Assembly: GCA_965649295.1 (NCBI GenBank) | Contig: CBFGKH010000010.1 | Location: 1-64,000 of the forward strand | Direction: 5' to 3' | From: a candidate division WOR-3 bacterium | GTDB lineage: Bacteria; Hydrothermota; Tepidihabitantia; Tepidihabitantales; Tepidihabitantaceae | Length of the DNA stretch: 64,000 nt | In this document: positions 38,644 to 48,022 of the stretch, one piece after another | Position numbering within the stretch: position 1 is the stretch's first letter | Layout of the letters: every line of letters starts with the position of its first letter | Made by a program: the position numbers and the translations under genes | Notes under the pieces: generated by a model | Told to the model about the DNA's origin: nothing | The model's database searches: none | Seen by the model: only the letters and a program-made list of their open reading frames with translations

Positions 38644-40026
38644 TCAAGACAAACCCCGCTCTAAGACCCCAGCCAGGAGTGGATAGAGTAACCCGAGACC
38701 TGTGGAAACAAGCGCTAGCAGCACAACGCAGAACGCCAATAGCCGATTCTCACGGGCTTCAATGCTAATAGTCGAAGGGCCGACAAAGACCCGGAATAGC
38801 CGCAACAAGTAAAGGACCGTCAGCACCGCTGCCGCGATTGCACCAATACCAACAAGAAGATTGATTCGCACGGCCGCGGCTAGCACATAAAACTTACCGA
38901 AGAATCCAAGCAATGGTGGAATACCAACTACTGATAGCATTAGGAAGGCAGTCGCGACGGCGGTTACAGGCATCTGTCGGCCCACGCCGTTGAGTTCGTG
39001 GATATCGCGCTTGTGCGTGCTGTGTTCGACAACCCCATAGGCCAGAAACAAACCAGCCTTGGCTATGGCATGTCCAACAAGATAAACCAAACCAGCCAGC
39101 AGCCCGAGGATTGAGGGCAAGGCGAAACCAATGAACACGTAACCGAGCTGACTAACAGTCGAGAACGCCAGGACGCGCTTGACGTCTCGCTCTCGAAGCG
39201 CACAGCCACCAGCAATCAAAGCACCACCGATCCCCAGACCGGCGACAAGCCAAGGCCACCACCAAGGCATCATAGCGCGGCTTTGGATGAATAGCTTGAC
39301 ATAAGCGACCAAACCCGCCTTGGCCACGACACCCGACAGCACCGCGCTCACTGGCGACGGCGCCGCCGAGTGTGCATCAGGTAACCAAACGTAAAGCGGT
39401 AGGCTAGCTGACTTTGTCACCATACCAACCAACAAGAGGATCGCAATCCAAGGCTCAATAGCGATACCGGCAAGCCCTGTCCAATCTAGCACACCGTAGT
39501 TGATATAGAGCGCCCCCAACCCAACAAGCATCAACGCCGAGCCAAAGAAGGTAATGAGCAAAGTCCGACTCGCAATTGCGATCTCGGCATCACGACGGTA
39601 GAAAGCAGTCAGACGCCAAGTCGAGATTCCCACAAGCTCCCAACAAAAGTACAAAACAATGAGGCTCCGCGAGAGACATAGTCCTACCATTCCCCCAAGC
39701 ATCAGCAGCAGAAAACCATAGTAATCATCAAGCGGGTCATAGGTACGGATGTACTCAAGCGAATAGACAGTGACAATCAACCAGATGCCAGCAAACACTG
39801 CGGCGAGCAACAGGCCAAGACTGTCAAGTCCGAAAAGTCGGCCGGCATCAACAGTTGCACCGTTTTGCCCGCCCAATGCCATGATGATGGCTACGATAAT
39901 GGTTGTGACTGCCGCCCCAACGACAGCTATCCACTGCAGCAATCGCCGACTCAGACGTCGCAGCACTAGCGCGGTTAGCCCCAGCAGCAACGGCGTCAGA
40001 ACAGCGGTAACCAGCAGCTGCCTCAC
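38644..40026 (-). CDS. Antiporter-like proton-translocating subunit (NuoL/M/HyfB family)
   Basis: WELVG, KSASLPLYVWLPDAH, LAFSTVSQLG, GIPPLLGFFGK. Confidence 0.9.
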   Translation of the reverse strand: MRQLLVTAVLTPLLLGLTALVLRRLSRRLLQWIAVVGAAVTTIIVAIIMALGGQNGATVDAGRLFGLDSLGLLLAAVFAGIWLIVTVYSLEYIRTYDPLDDYYGFLLLMLGGMVGLCLSRSLIVLYFCWELVGISTWRLTAFYRRDAEIAIASRTLLITFFGSALMLVGLGALYINYGVLDWTGLAGIAIEPWIAILLLVGMVTKSASLPLYVWLPDAHSAAPSPVSAVLSGVVAKAGLVAYVKLFIQSRAMMPWWWPWLVAGLGIGGALIAGGCALRERDVKRVLAFSTVSQLGYVFIGFALPSILGLLAGLVYLVGHAIAKAGLFLAYGVVEHSTHKRDIHELNGVGRQMPVTAVATAFLMLSVVGIPPLLGFFGKFYVLAAAVRINLLVGIGAIAAAVLTVLYLLRLFRVFVGPSTISIEARENRLLAFCVVLLALVSTGLGLLYPLLAGVLERGLS

Positions 40027-41210
40027 TTGCCGAACCTCTCCCTGATTGCCTCAGTCTTTGCCCAGGAAAGCTGCAAAAGCTCTCGCCCTGAGTAACGCAT
40101 CCGACCATCCTCAAACGCAGCCATTCGTTCAGTGCAACAATAGCACGGGTCAACGGCTGCCAAGGTCAAGGCAGCATCAGCTATTGAGCCACCACGAACC
40201 GCCACAACATTTGAGGCAATATTCATATAGCTCGGAGCTCGAACCTTGTGACGCAACGGTCGGTTGGTCCCATCTGAGCGAATATAATGAAATACCTCCC
40301 CACGTGGCGCCTCGGTTCTGCCAATACCCTCACCAGGGGGCACTTCGTCGATTCTCGTCTCGATTGGACCATCAGGTAGGTCTCTAAGACACGCTCGAAT
40401 GATCTTAATCGACTCGAATATCTCAAGGAAACGGACCCTGGCCTTGGCAAAAACATCGCCCTCATTGAGGACAATCACATTCCATGGCACCCGGTCATAG
40501 GCACAGTGAGGCTCGTCCCGGCGAACATCGATGTCGACACCGGACGGCCGCGCAGTTGGGCCAACAACTGAGTAGGCGACTGCCTGCTCCCGTGTCAACC
40601 GCCCCACACCCTCAAGCCGAGCCCGAATCACCGGATCATCGAGTACGGCATTTGTAAGCATCATCGTCTTCCTCTCGACAATTGCCAACGCCGCCTCAAT
40701 CTGCGGTATCTGTTCTGCTGTGATATCATGTCGAACACCGCCGGGCTTGTTCATGGCATAGTGGTTGCGGTTGCCGGTTATCGACTCGAAAACCTGCAGA
40801 ACATGCTCACGGTAACGCCAAGCCCACATCCAGACTGTGTTATAACCGATGAAATGACCGGCAAGACCCACCCAAAGTAAATGGGAGTGAATTCGTTCTA
40901 GTTCATGGACGATGGTCCGGAGGTAGTCTGCTCGTGGTGGCGGCTTGATACCAGCACAATCCTCGATTGCCAGTACGCAGGCAAGTGGGTGCGAATTCGA
41001 GCAGATACCACAGATTCGCTCAACCAGAAAAGGAATCTGGTCGTAAGTTAGTTCAGGGGAAATGAACTCGTGTCCTCGATGATTGTACCCCAGATGAATC
41101 TCCAAATCCACAACCTTCTCGCCCTCGACGATAAGCTTGAAAAACTCAGGTTCTTCCTGAAGCGGATGATAGGGACCAATCGGCACAATTCGTCGCCCGT
41201 TACCGCTCAT
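40023..41210 (-). CDS. Group 4 [NiFe]-hydrogenase large subunit
   Basis: GPYHP..EEP, HRGHE, L1 motif RICGICSNSH, EAPRGE, L2 motif DPCYCCTER with C-terminal extension. Confidence 0.95.
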   Translation of the reverse strand: MSGNGRRIVPIGPYHPLQEEPEFFKLIVEGEKVVDLEIHLGYNHRGHEFISPELTYDQIPFLVERICGICSNSHPLACVLAIEDCAGIKPPPRADYLRTIVHELERIHSHLLWVGLAGHFIGYNTVWMWAWRYREHVLQVFESITGNRNHYAMNKPGGVRHDITAEQIPQIEAALAIVERKTMMLTNAVLDDPVIRARLEGVGRLTREQAVAYSVVGPTARPSGVDIDVRRDEPHCAYDRVPWNVIVLNEGDVFAKARVRFLEIFESIKIIRACLRDLPDGPIETRIDEVPPGEGIGRTEAPRGEVFHYIRSDGTNRPLRHKVRAPSYMNIASNVVAVRGGSIADAALTLAAVDPCYCCTERMAAFEDGRMRYSGRELLQLSWAKTEAIRERFGK

Positions 41211-41652
41211 GAAACTCACCTCGACGTTCGTAGTCACGGCGCAAAGGACGTTGACTGGCATCCCAATCGGTATCAGAAGTGAGCAACGGTTTCAGACCAG
41301 GATGGCCGACAAAGTCAATGCCCAATAGCTCATGCATCTCACGTTCAATCCAATCGGCGGCGGGAAACCAGGTTGCCTGTGACTCCACTGATGGATCATC
41401 CTTGGGTAGTAGAACTTTAAGAGTATAGATTATGCCCGTATTATCGTCCGAGAAGTGATAAAGAACCTCGAAACCATCGCGGGTATCAATACCCGTGCAG
41501 ATCGATAATCGCATGCCACAGTCACAGTGCAAATATCGTGCGGCAGCAGTTACGCTTCCGCGCGGTATTCGGATATATAGACGGCGCGGGTTGTGTTCAA
41601 GTACATCAAGTTGGGGAACGAAACGACGGAGACCATCGAGGATCGAACTCAT
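41200..41652 (-). CDS. NuoC/MbhK-like subunit
   Basis: TGID, FEVLYHF, ADWIEREMHELLGIDFVGHP, PLRRD. Confidence 0.92.
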   Translation of the reverse strand: MSSILDGLRRFVPQLDVLEHNPRRLYIRIPRGSVTAAARYLHCDCGMRLSICTGIDTRDGFEVLYHFSDDNTGIIYTLKVLLPKDDPSVESQATWFPAADWIEREMHELLGIDFVGHPGLKPLLTSDTDWDASQRPLRRDYERRGEFHER

Positions 41653-42065
41653 AGTTTACTCAGTGCCTTGACCACTCCGAGAATCATCGCCTCCGGCTTG
41701 GGCGGGCAGCCGGGCACATAAGCGTGCACCGGAATGTGTCTATCATACGGGCCAACGACATTGTAGGAATTTCGGAAAATGTGGCAGTTGCAGGCACATG
41801 AACCGATTGCAATCACCAGGCACGGTTTGGCAGTCTGCTGATACACTTCAAGTACCCGAGGCAGTGACTTTCGGTTGACTACCCCAGTCACAAGCAGCGC
41901 ATCAGCGTGGCGCGGTGAACCCACCAGCACTACCCCAAATCGTTCCACGTCATAACGTGGAGTAAGCAGTTCAAGTATCTCAATGTCACAGTTGTTGCAG
42001 GGCGCCGCCGCCAAATGATACACCCAGGGTGACTTCTTAAGACCCCAGAGTTTCGCCCGGCTCAT
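41649..42065 (-). CDS. Group 4 hydrogenase small subunit (NuoB/MbhJ-like)
   Basis: CNNCDIE, SPRHAD, GSCA, YVPGCPPKPE. Confidence 0.95.
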   Translation of the reverse strand: MSRAKLWGLKKSPWVYHLAAAPCNNCDIEILELLTPRYDVERFGVVLVGSPRHADALLVTGVVNRKSLPRVLEVYQQTAKPCLVIAIGSCACNCHIFRNSYNVVGPYDRHIPVHAYVPGCPPKPEAMILGVVKALSKL

Positions 42066-42991
42066 AGTCCTACCCATGCCAAACCAACTGCAACTACTCC
42101 TAACAGGCCGAGTCCAAGCCAGAAAAACCTCAGCGCGTGATCAATCTTGAACCGAGGATTGGTGTTCTTTAACAGAATCATTAGCACGACAACAGCAAGC
42201 ACCTTGGGAATTGCCCACCAACTTGCAAGACCGCCCCACAGCAATGTTACCAGGAAGACCGGCAGTAGTAAGAACATCATCGCCTTTGTTAGTCGGAAGA
42301 CGGCTAGCGGCGCTCCCGAGTACTCAACCATCACGCCGGTCATGATCTCCTGCTCCGCCTCGGCGATATCAAACGGAACGTAGCCAAGTTTGGCCTGGAA
42401 GCAGATTAGCACGATTATAGTGGCGAGCAGACCGGAAATGGAGTACAGGAAAGGTCCAGCATCCATCTGCAGCAGCACAAGCTCGCCGAGCTTTATTGCA
42501 CCGCCACTCTTGATAATCGGCACCGCCAAGGCTAGCAAAAATGGTAGTTCGTAACCCAAGTACAGTGTCATTTCGCGAGAAGCACCAACCGCACCAATCG
42601 GATTGCGTGATGCTGAGGCCCCTATGATTGTCGCGAGCGGCGGCAGCGCGAGCAGGTAAACAAGCACCAGCACGTCGCCAACGAACGACCGGTTAGGAAC
42701 AAAACTTGCCGCGAAAAGCATCACTGCAATAACGCACATTGCTGCCAAACCAAGCAGTGGTGCAAACAGAAAAGTAGTTCGGGCAGCCCCAGTTGGTACA
42801 ATCGTTTCCTTGACAAGGAGCTTCAGCATGTCCGCAAAAGGCTGGTAGAAAGGCGGTCCCTGCCGCCACTGGACACGCGCCGAGACGAATCGGTCCACCC
42901 AAGTGAGCACAAGCCCAAGTGTAGCCGTGAACACAAAACCAGGAAAGACGAGAAAGGCGAAAACCAATCCCCAACCGGCAAGCCAGTTCAC
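42062..42991 (-). CDS. NuoH/HycD/MbhM-like membrane subunit
   Basis: ARVQWRQGPP..QPFAD..KL, GASRE, PFDIAEAEQE..G..EYSG, NPRFKID. Confidence 0.95.
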   Translation of the reverse strand: MNWLAGWGLVFAFLVFPGFVFTATLGLVLTWVDRFVSARVQWRQGPPFYQPFADMLKLLVKETIVPTGAARTTFLFAPLLGLAAMCVIAVMLFAASFVPNRSFVGDVLVLVYLLALPPLATIIGASASRNPIGAVGASREMTLYLGYELPFLLALAVPIIKSGGAIKLGELVLLQMDAGPFLYSISGLLATIIVLICFQAKLGYVPFDIAEAEQEIMTGVMVEYSGAPLAVFRLTKAMMFLLLPVFLVTLLWGGLASWWAIPKVLAVVVLMILLKNTNPRFKIDHALRFFWLGLGLLGVVAVGLAWVGL

Positions 42992-43455
42992 TGGCGCCTC
43001 CCGTGCGGGGAACGAGCAACAAAGCCAACCCCAACCCTGACCTCATCGGCCGGTTCTGCCTCGACAAACTGCAACGCTCCGGTGGGACAAGTAGTGGCGC
43101 AGCGCGGGCCTTCCGGACGATCACCACAAAGGCTGCACTTTTGGCTCACGCGCCGTAACAGTGTTGTCTCAATGGCACCGAATGGACAGGCAAGCGCACA
43201 TGAACGGCAGCCGATGCAATGGAAGCTTGAACGCAAAACAAGACCACTCTCTGGATCGCGCCTGATCGCCCCAGAAGGACAAGCCGCAAGACAAAGTGGT
43301 TCCTGACAATGACGGCAAGACATCGGCAGCAACACGGCTGAGGCAACTTCGGCGTGTCGAACCCGAGCTTCCCCCTTGAAGCGACTGCGACAAGCTGCTT
43401 CGCAAGCTCGACAGCCGATGCAGTAGTCCAGCCTCAGTTGAAGCCTTCTCGCCAT
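42988..43455 (-). CDS. HycB/CooF/DmsB-like 4[4Fe-4S] electron-transfer subunit
   Basis: CIGCRACEAAC, CRHCQEPLC..ACP, CIGCRSCALACP, KCSLC..PRC..CPTGAL. Confidence 0.92.
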   Translation of the reverse strand: MARRLQLRLDYCIGCRACEAACRSRFKGEARVRHAEVASAVLLPMSCRHCQEPLCLAACPSGAIRRDPESGLVLRSSFHCIGCRSCALACPFGAIETTLLRRVSQKCSLCGDRPEGPRCATTCPTGALQFVEAEPADEVRVGVGFVARSPHGRRQ

Positions 43456-45065
43456 CAGTAAGCTGCCTCCAGTGGGTAGCGACGGGAAGATGTTGTCGGC
43501 CGAATTTCTACTGCGGCTGGAGGTATTGCTGGAGATCCAGCCGCATCAGCAACAATTCCGAACAACGCTCGGTTCTCACGTGCGTTGACACCGACTACTG
43601 CCGTACCGGCTGGTACGGCCGGCGTGCGCCGTAGCCGCAGCGTTCGCTCACTTGTACTAGTTCTGAGAACAACCTCATCAACGGTCTGCCCCAACTCATT
43701 GTCGGGACCCACCGTAACGTCTTGTTCGTCAACGTAAAGACCACCAAGACCGATGGCCCGCTTCTCACCAACGAGCCGCAGTGAAGAAGGATTCTGCCAG
43801 CGCGCCAGTTCAGTTTGAGCTAGGTCGGCAATAGCTTCGACTCCGGCTGGAGGGACCGTTGACTCGCCCAGCGGAGCGATGGGGGCGAACTCTTCTAGAA
43901 TCTGGCCCACCCGACGACTACCACTAAACGGTGCAGCCAGTGGCCATCGTCGCACCGCTCCCCAATAGCCAACTCCGGTTGATTCCTTTTCCAGCTCACT
44001 CGGAACCGGTAGAACTAATCCACGTAATGGCCGGATCGGTCGGAAAATGCTAGTAACCACGATATGCTCAATCTGAGCAGTCTCTGGAAAAAGCTCGGGA
44101 TAGCTCAAGGGATGGAGCGAGCCAAACCAGAACAGCGTTCGCAACGTATTGCTGGCCGCTGCCTGACGCAACTGCTCAAACGTATTCGGCCCCAGCCGCA
44201 CGCGTCCTTCTGCAAAACCGGTAAACGTTGCTTTCGCCTGCACAGCCAAAAGCTGAGAAGCGTAGCTGTGCAAAGTTGGAAGAGCGGTTCTACCGAGACC
44301 GGCAGCACTACCGACAAAGGCCAATCCGGTCTTCAGCATGTTTGCCGCCGCCTGTAGTTGTCCAAGTTCGACACCGGCAGCCGCGGCAAGTTGTTCAGCC
44401 CCAAGACCGATCTTTGCACCCAACAGAGCAGCGATTCCGAGCAAAGCAAACGGTTCAGCCCCGGGCCGAACTAGAATACTCAAGTGAGCAAGAGTATCCT
44501 GGGCTGTTCGCAGCGAGTCGATAACGATCAAGCGGTTTTGGCGATTAGCGTAGCGCCATTCCACAATCATTCCGCCGGCAACTGGCGACGTCGCAAAAAC
44601 GTCGCCAACCAGCAAAATCGTCTTGGCGCCGCGAACATCGTCCAGACCAGCCTCGCGCACTCCAGCAACTTTCTGGCCGAACAGGTTGCCAGGTTCGATA
44701 TAGCCACACACAAGCAGCTGCGCCCTGACAGCTCGAGCGAATCCCCAAACCAAGTCAAGCTCGTCGCCAGTTAGCCCACGGCTGTAGGCAACGGCAAGAC
44801 GGCCGTCCTGACCAGCAGCCAAAGCCCTACGACAGTACTCCAACGCCTGCCCCCAGCTCACTTCCCGACCATCGAGCAATGGATAGCCGAGTCTTCGCGG
44901 ATGGTCGAGCACAATGCTGGCACTGTTCCCACGCGGACACAGCCGACCGCGATTGACCACCGCGTCAGACGGATACTCCATTCGGTACTGATAGCCATCG
45001 AAAACAACCTCGGACTCGCACCCGTTCAAACAAAACGGGCAGGTAGTCCTGTTCCGCGTCAGCAT
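43455..45065 (-). CDS. Molybdopterin-oxidoreductase-like (FdhA/NuoG C-terminal-like) Fe-S protein, short and divergent
   Basis: N-terminal TTCPFCLNGC..VNRGRLCPRG..RLGYPL..SW..AL; about 536 aa. Confidence 0.8.
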   Translation of the reverse strand: MLTRNRTTCPFCLNGCESEVVFDGYQYRMEYPSDAVVNRGRLCPRGNSASIVLDHPRRLGYPLLDGREVSWGQALEYCRRALAAGQDGRLAVAYSRGLTGDELDLVWGFARAVRAQLLVCGYIEPGNLFGQKVAGVREAGLDDVRGAKTILLVGDVFATSPVAGGMIVEWRYANRQNRLIVIDSLRTAQDTLAHLSILVRPGAEPFALLGIAALLGAKIGLGAEQLAAAAGVELGQLQAAANMLKTGLAFVGSAAGLGRTALPTLHSYASQLLAVQAKATFTGFAEGRVRLGPNTFEQLRQAAASNTLRTLFWFGSLHPLSYPELFPETAQIEHIVVTSIFRPIRPLRGLVLPVPSELEKESTGVGYWGAVRRWPLAAPFSGSRRVGQILEEFAPIAPLGESTVPPAGVEAIADLAQTELARWQNPSSLRLVGEKRAIGLGGLYVDEQDVTVGPDNELGQTVDEVVLRTSTSERTLRLRRTPAVPAGTAVVGVNARENRALFGIVADAAGSPAIPPAAVEIRPTTSSRRYPLEAAY

Positions 45066-45877
45066 CACCAGGGATCCTCGATATCCTTGACCTGTTCCCA
45101 CGTGAGAACTGGGCCATCCTTGCAGGCGAGATAAGGACCCACACGACAATGACGGCACTGACCAACACCACAAGACATGTTCTTTTCCATTGAAAGATAG
45201 ATGTTGTTACCGGCGAAACCAGCCTCAACCAAGCGCATAGTAACGAACTTCATCATAATCGGTGGCCCACAAACGACTGCCACGGCCGTCTTCGTGTCGC
45301 AAGGGACTTCATCCATGAGACAGGTAACCACACCTACCTTGCGCATCCAGCGTTCGTCGCGTACGTCGACCGATAGGTCGATATCAACCTTGGGTAGCTT
45401 CTCCCACTCCTTCAACTGTGTCTTATACACGATATCATCAGGTGTCCGAGCTCCGTACCGAAGGTAGATCCGTTTGTACTTATCAATCTCGTGAACCAGG
45501 GCAAGAAAAAGCGCCCGCAATGGGGCCAGTCCAACACCGCCCCCGACAATATAGACCTCACGGCCCTCGAACTTCTCAAGTGGATAGCGCTTTCCATAAG
45601 GACCGCGTACGCCAACTTGAGCACCTGGCCCCAACTCAAACAACGCACCTGTCGCCCTACCGACCTTCATAATCGTCATCTCAAAGGTATCGCGGACAAA
45701 GTGCGATGACGACGGTGTGAACGGTGCTTCGCCGAAGCCGGGAATGGTGAGTTCAACGAATTGACCGGCAAGGAATGGTATTTCCTTCTCCGGCTTCAGG
45801 ACAAAAGTTCGGATGTTTGGCGTTTCCTGTACCACGCTCAAAATAGTCGCTGGCACTGGTTGGTAAGGATTGATCAT
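45065..45877 (-). CDS. FAD/NAD(P)-binding [2Fe-2S] subunit (HydG/AsrB/FlxA-like)
   Basis: GQF, GEAPF, RGPYG, GGGVGLAPLR, CGPPIMM, MSCGVGQCRHC..CKDGPV. Confidence 0.92.
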   Translation of the reverse strand: MINPYQPVPATILSVVQETPNIRTFVLKPEKEIPFLAGQFVELTIPGFGEAPFTPSSSHFVRDTFEMTIMKVGRATGALFELGPGAQVGVRGPYGKRYPLEKFEGREVYIVGGGVGLAPLRALFLALVHEIDKYKRIYLRYGARTPDDIVYKTQLKEWEKLPKVDIDLSVDVRDERWMRKVGVVTCLMDEVPCDTKTAVAVVCGPPIMMKFVTMRLVEAGFAGNNIYLSMEKNMSCGVGQCRHCRVGPYLACKDGPVLTWEQVKDIEDPW

Positions 45878-46899
45878 ACCTCTGCCAACACCTTCCGAAT
45901 ATCAATACCGCCCATGCAAGCCCGGAAACACCGTCCACAACCAGAACAGGCATAGAAGCCGTGGTCGTTCTTGAACTGATTCCACTTGCAGTCGAAGCGA
46001 TTGGCGAAACGTTTAAGGAACTTACCCCGGTCGTTAGCGCCACCACCAACTCGGGCATAAGCCGCCTCATAGCATGCATCCCAGACCCTGATGCGCTCAA
46101 AGCCTGAATCGCTGGCTCGATCATAGAGCAAGAAACAGTAGCAGGTCGGACAGCCAAAAAGGCAGCCGTAGCACTCAACGCAGTGCTGGGCATGTCGTTC
46201 CCAAAAAGCGGCGTCAAGGAGACGCTTCTCTATCGCTCGCGACAAATCGCTGTTCCAGGGCTGGGGATTGATCTGTTGCAGTTGTTGCTCAGCGCGCCGG
46301 CGCTGTTCAGCGCGTTGTTCTAATTCAGCTTCGGTCGCCGGACGGAACAAACCCGGAGCTACCTTCACGAGTCGCTCTCCCACCTCGGTCAATGTCTCAA
46401 TCAACAACCGGTCTACCAACGCAGTAACGACAGCATCAGCGCCTTCGGTCGAGTAGGGCTTATTGCCAAGAAGATTACAAAAACAACTGGGCTCGGGTTT
46501 CGGACAATCGGCGACGACCTTCACTGTTCCCGCAATTCGAGCCAAGTAGAACGGATCCGCATACTCGCCCTGACCAAGTATCCGTTCATGCACGCGGAGC
46601 GGCACAAGGTCGCAGTTCTTCATGCCAAAAACAACCTGATGCGCGGCAACCGGCTCTGGCGCCTTTGGCATCCCAGCCACAACTGCACGCGGGCTGAAGA
46701 GAAACGACTTTACTGGTTCGGCAGCCCGAATACCGCCAAGGGCCCGAAGCAACTCAGTGCCGTCAACAATCGCTCCGGCGGTATACCTCTGCCAGTGAAC
46801 TTGAGAATCAACTATCGTGGGGACGTATACCGTAGCGCCGTCAAGCAGGCTCGCAAGCCACGTTTCCATCTTGGAAGCTTCGATTGCGAACCTGCTCAC
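45874..46899 (-). CDS. [4Fe-4S] subunit (HydB/AsrA/FlxB-like)
   Basis: K.FLFSP, CD, CFC, CVECYGCLFGCPTCYCF, R.WDAC, CSGCGRCFRAC; GTG start 8 nt after the -10 box. Confidence 0.9.
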   Translation of the reverse strand: MSRFAIEASKMETWLASLLDGATVYVPTIVDSQVHWQRYTAGAIVDGTELLRALGGIRAAEPVKSFLFSPRAVVAGMPKAPEPVAAHQVVFGMKNCDLVPLRVHERILGQGEYADPFYLARIAGTVKVVADCPKPEPSCFCNLLGNKPYSTEGADAVVTALVDRLLIETLTEVGERLVKVAPGLFRPATEAELEQRAEQRRRAEQQLQQINPQPWNSDLSRAIEKRLLDAAFWERHAQHCVECYGCLFGCPTCYCFLLYDRASDSGFERIRVWDACYEAAYARVGGGANDRGKFLKRFANRFDCKWNQFKNDHGFYACSGCGRCFRACMGGIDIRKVLAEV

Positions 46900-46907
46900 G
46901 GATAGCA

Positions 46908-46935
46908 AAAATAGAGACCCTTCTTCATTTGTCAA
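46908..46935 (-). promoter_or_regulatory. Sigma70-type promoter of the hydrogenase operon
   Basis: TTGACA-N16-TATTTT on the minus strand. Confidence 0.65.
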
Positions 46936-47144
46936 GTTCGACTTTGCGTTTTGTTAGTGCCGCTGAGAACTCACCATCCGAATCTTCGGTCGCCGTTCTG
47001 AGAGACAACGCTGTGAACGGATCGATGATCGTGGCAATAGCTCCCCAGCTTGTCCCTCGCCACAATCGACATGCCGATGGCTTGGTTCGATGAACGACCA
47101 CTGGCTCTTGACCCGCCGAGTTGTTGGCCTAGAATCCTGCGCCA

Positions 47145-47987
47145 ATGAGATTCGGCAGCTTTGAACTGATCTCCCTGAATGATGGCTTCTTTGGTCTTGA
47201 TGGTGGCGCGATGTTCGGGGTAGTACCTAGACCGATCTGGCAGAAGCTCAGCCCGCCCGATGAACTCAACCGCATCCGTCTCGCCCTACGTCCACTGTTG
47301 GTAGTCACAACAACTGAACGCATCCTTATCGAAACTGGAATCGGCGACAAGGGTGACTCTAAGTTCAATGACATCTACCGAATCGAGAAGCCAGACAATC
47401 TGAAGGCTTCGCTAGCCCGCGCTGGTTTTGCTCCAGCCGATATCACCAAGGTTGTACTGACCCATTTGCACTTCGACCATTGTGGTGGATCAACCGAACG
47501 CGACACGTCGGGCAATCTGCGGCCAACATTCCCCAAGGCCCGCTACTATGTTCACCAAGCTGAGTGGGAACTGGCATTGAACCCAAATCGCCGCTCGCGC
47601 GCAGCCTATCTGCCGGAAAACTTCTTGCCGCTGCGGGAGCATGGGCAACTGGAGTTAGTGACTGGCGACCGCGAACTTGTTCCGGGCATCGAACTGGTCC
47701 GCGTCGGCGGTCACACCCCCGGTATGATGCTCCCTTTCATCCGTACCAGTGGCAGCACCGCCTTGTACTGGTCTGACTTGCTACCCACAAAGGCGCATGT
47801 TGCCACACCTTACATAATGGGGTATGATTTGTTACCGCTCGAGACAATGGAACAGAAAGAACGCTTGGTCGAAAGGGCAGTTACCGAACAATGGCTCTGC
47901 TTCCCAGGTCATGATACCGAATTTGCCTGCGGTAGGCTGGGCATCACTGACGGCAGGCCCGCGCTGGTTCCGTTGACCGAGCACTAA
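47145..47987 (+). CDS. MBL-fold metallo-hydrolase (YtnP-like)
   Basis: LDGGAMFGVVP, THLHFDHCGG, GGHTPG, MGYD. Confidence 0.92.
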   Translation: MRFGSFELISLNDGFFGLDGGAMFGVVPRPIWQKLSPPDELNRIRLALRPLLVVTTTERILIETGIGDKGDSKFNDIYRIEKPDNLKASLARAGFAPADITKVVLTHLHFDHCGGSTERDTSGNLRPTFPKARYYVHQAEWELALNPNRRSRAAYLPENFLPLREHGQLELVTGDRELVPGIELVRVGGHTPGMMLPFIRTSGSTALYWSDLLPTKAHVATPYIMGYDLLPLETMEQKERLVERAVTEQWLCFPGHDTEFACGRLGITDGRPALVPLTEH

Positions 47988-48022
47988 GTGTCTGAAGGGA
48001 TGCTATTTGATTGGAGGAGCTG

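Noticed and set aside
32156..42991. Calling the operon complex I or Mbx/MBS
   Set aside because: All four Ni-ligating cysteines are present and NuoA/E/F are absent.
46936..47107. Gap between divergent promoters as a third repeat copy or Rex operator
   Set aside because: I could not find the shared blocks or a TTGTGAA-N4-TTCACAA match.
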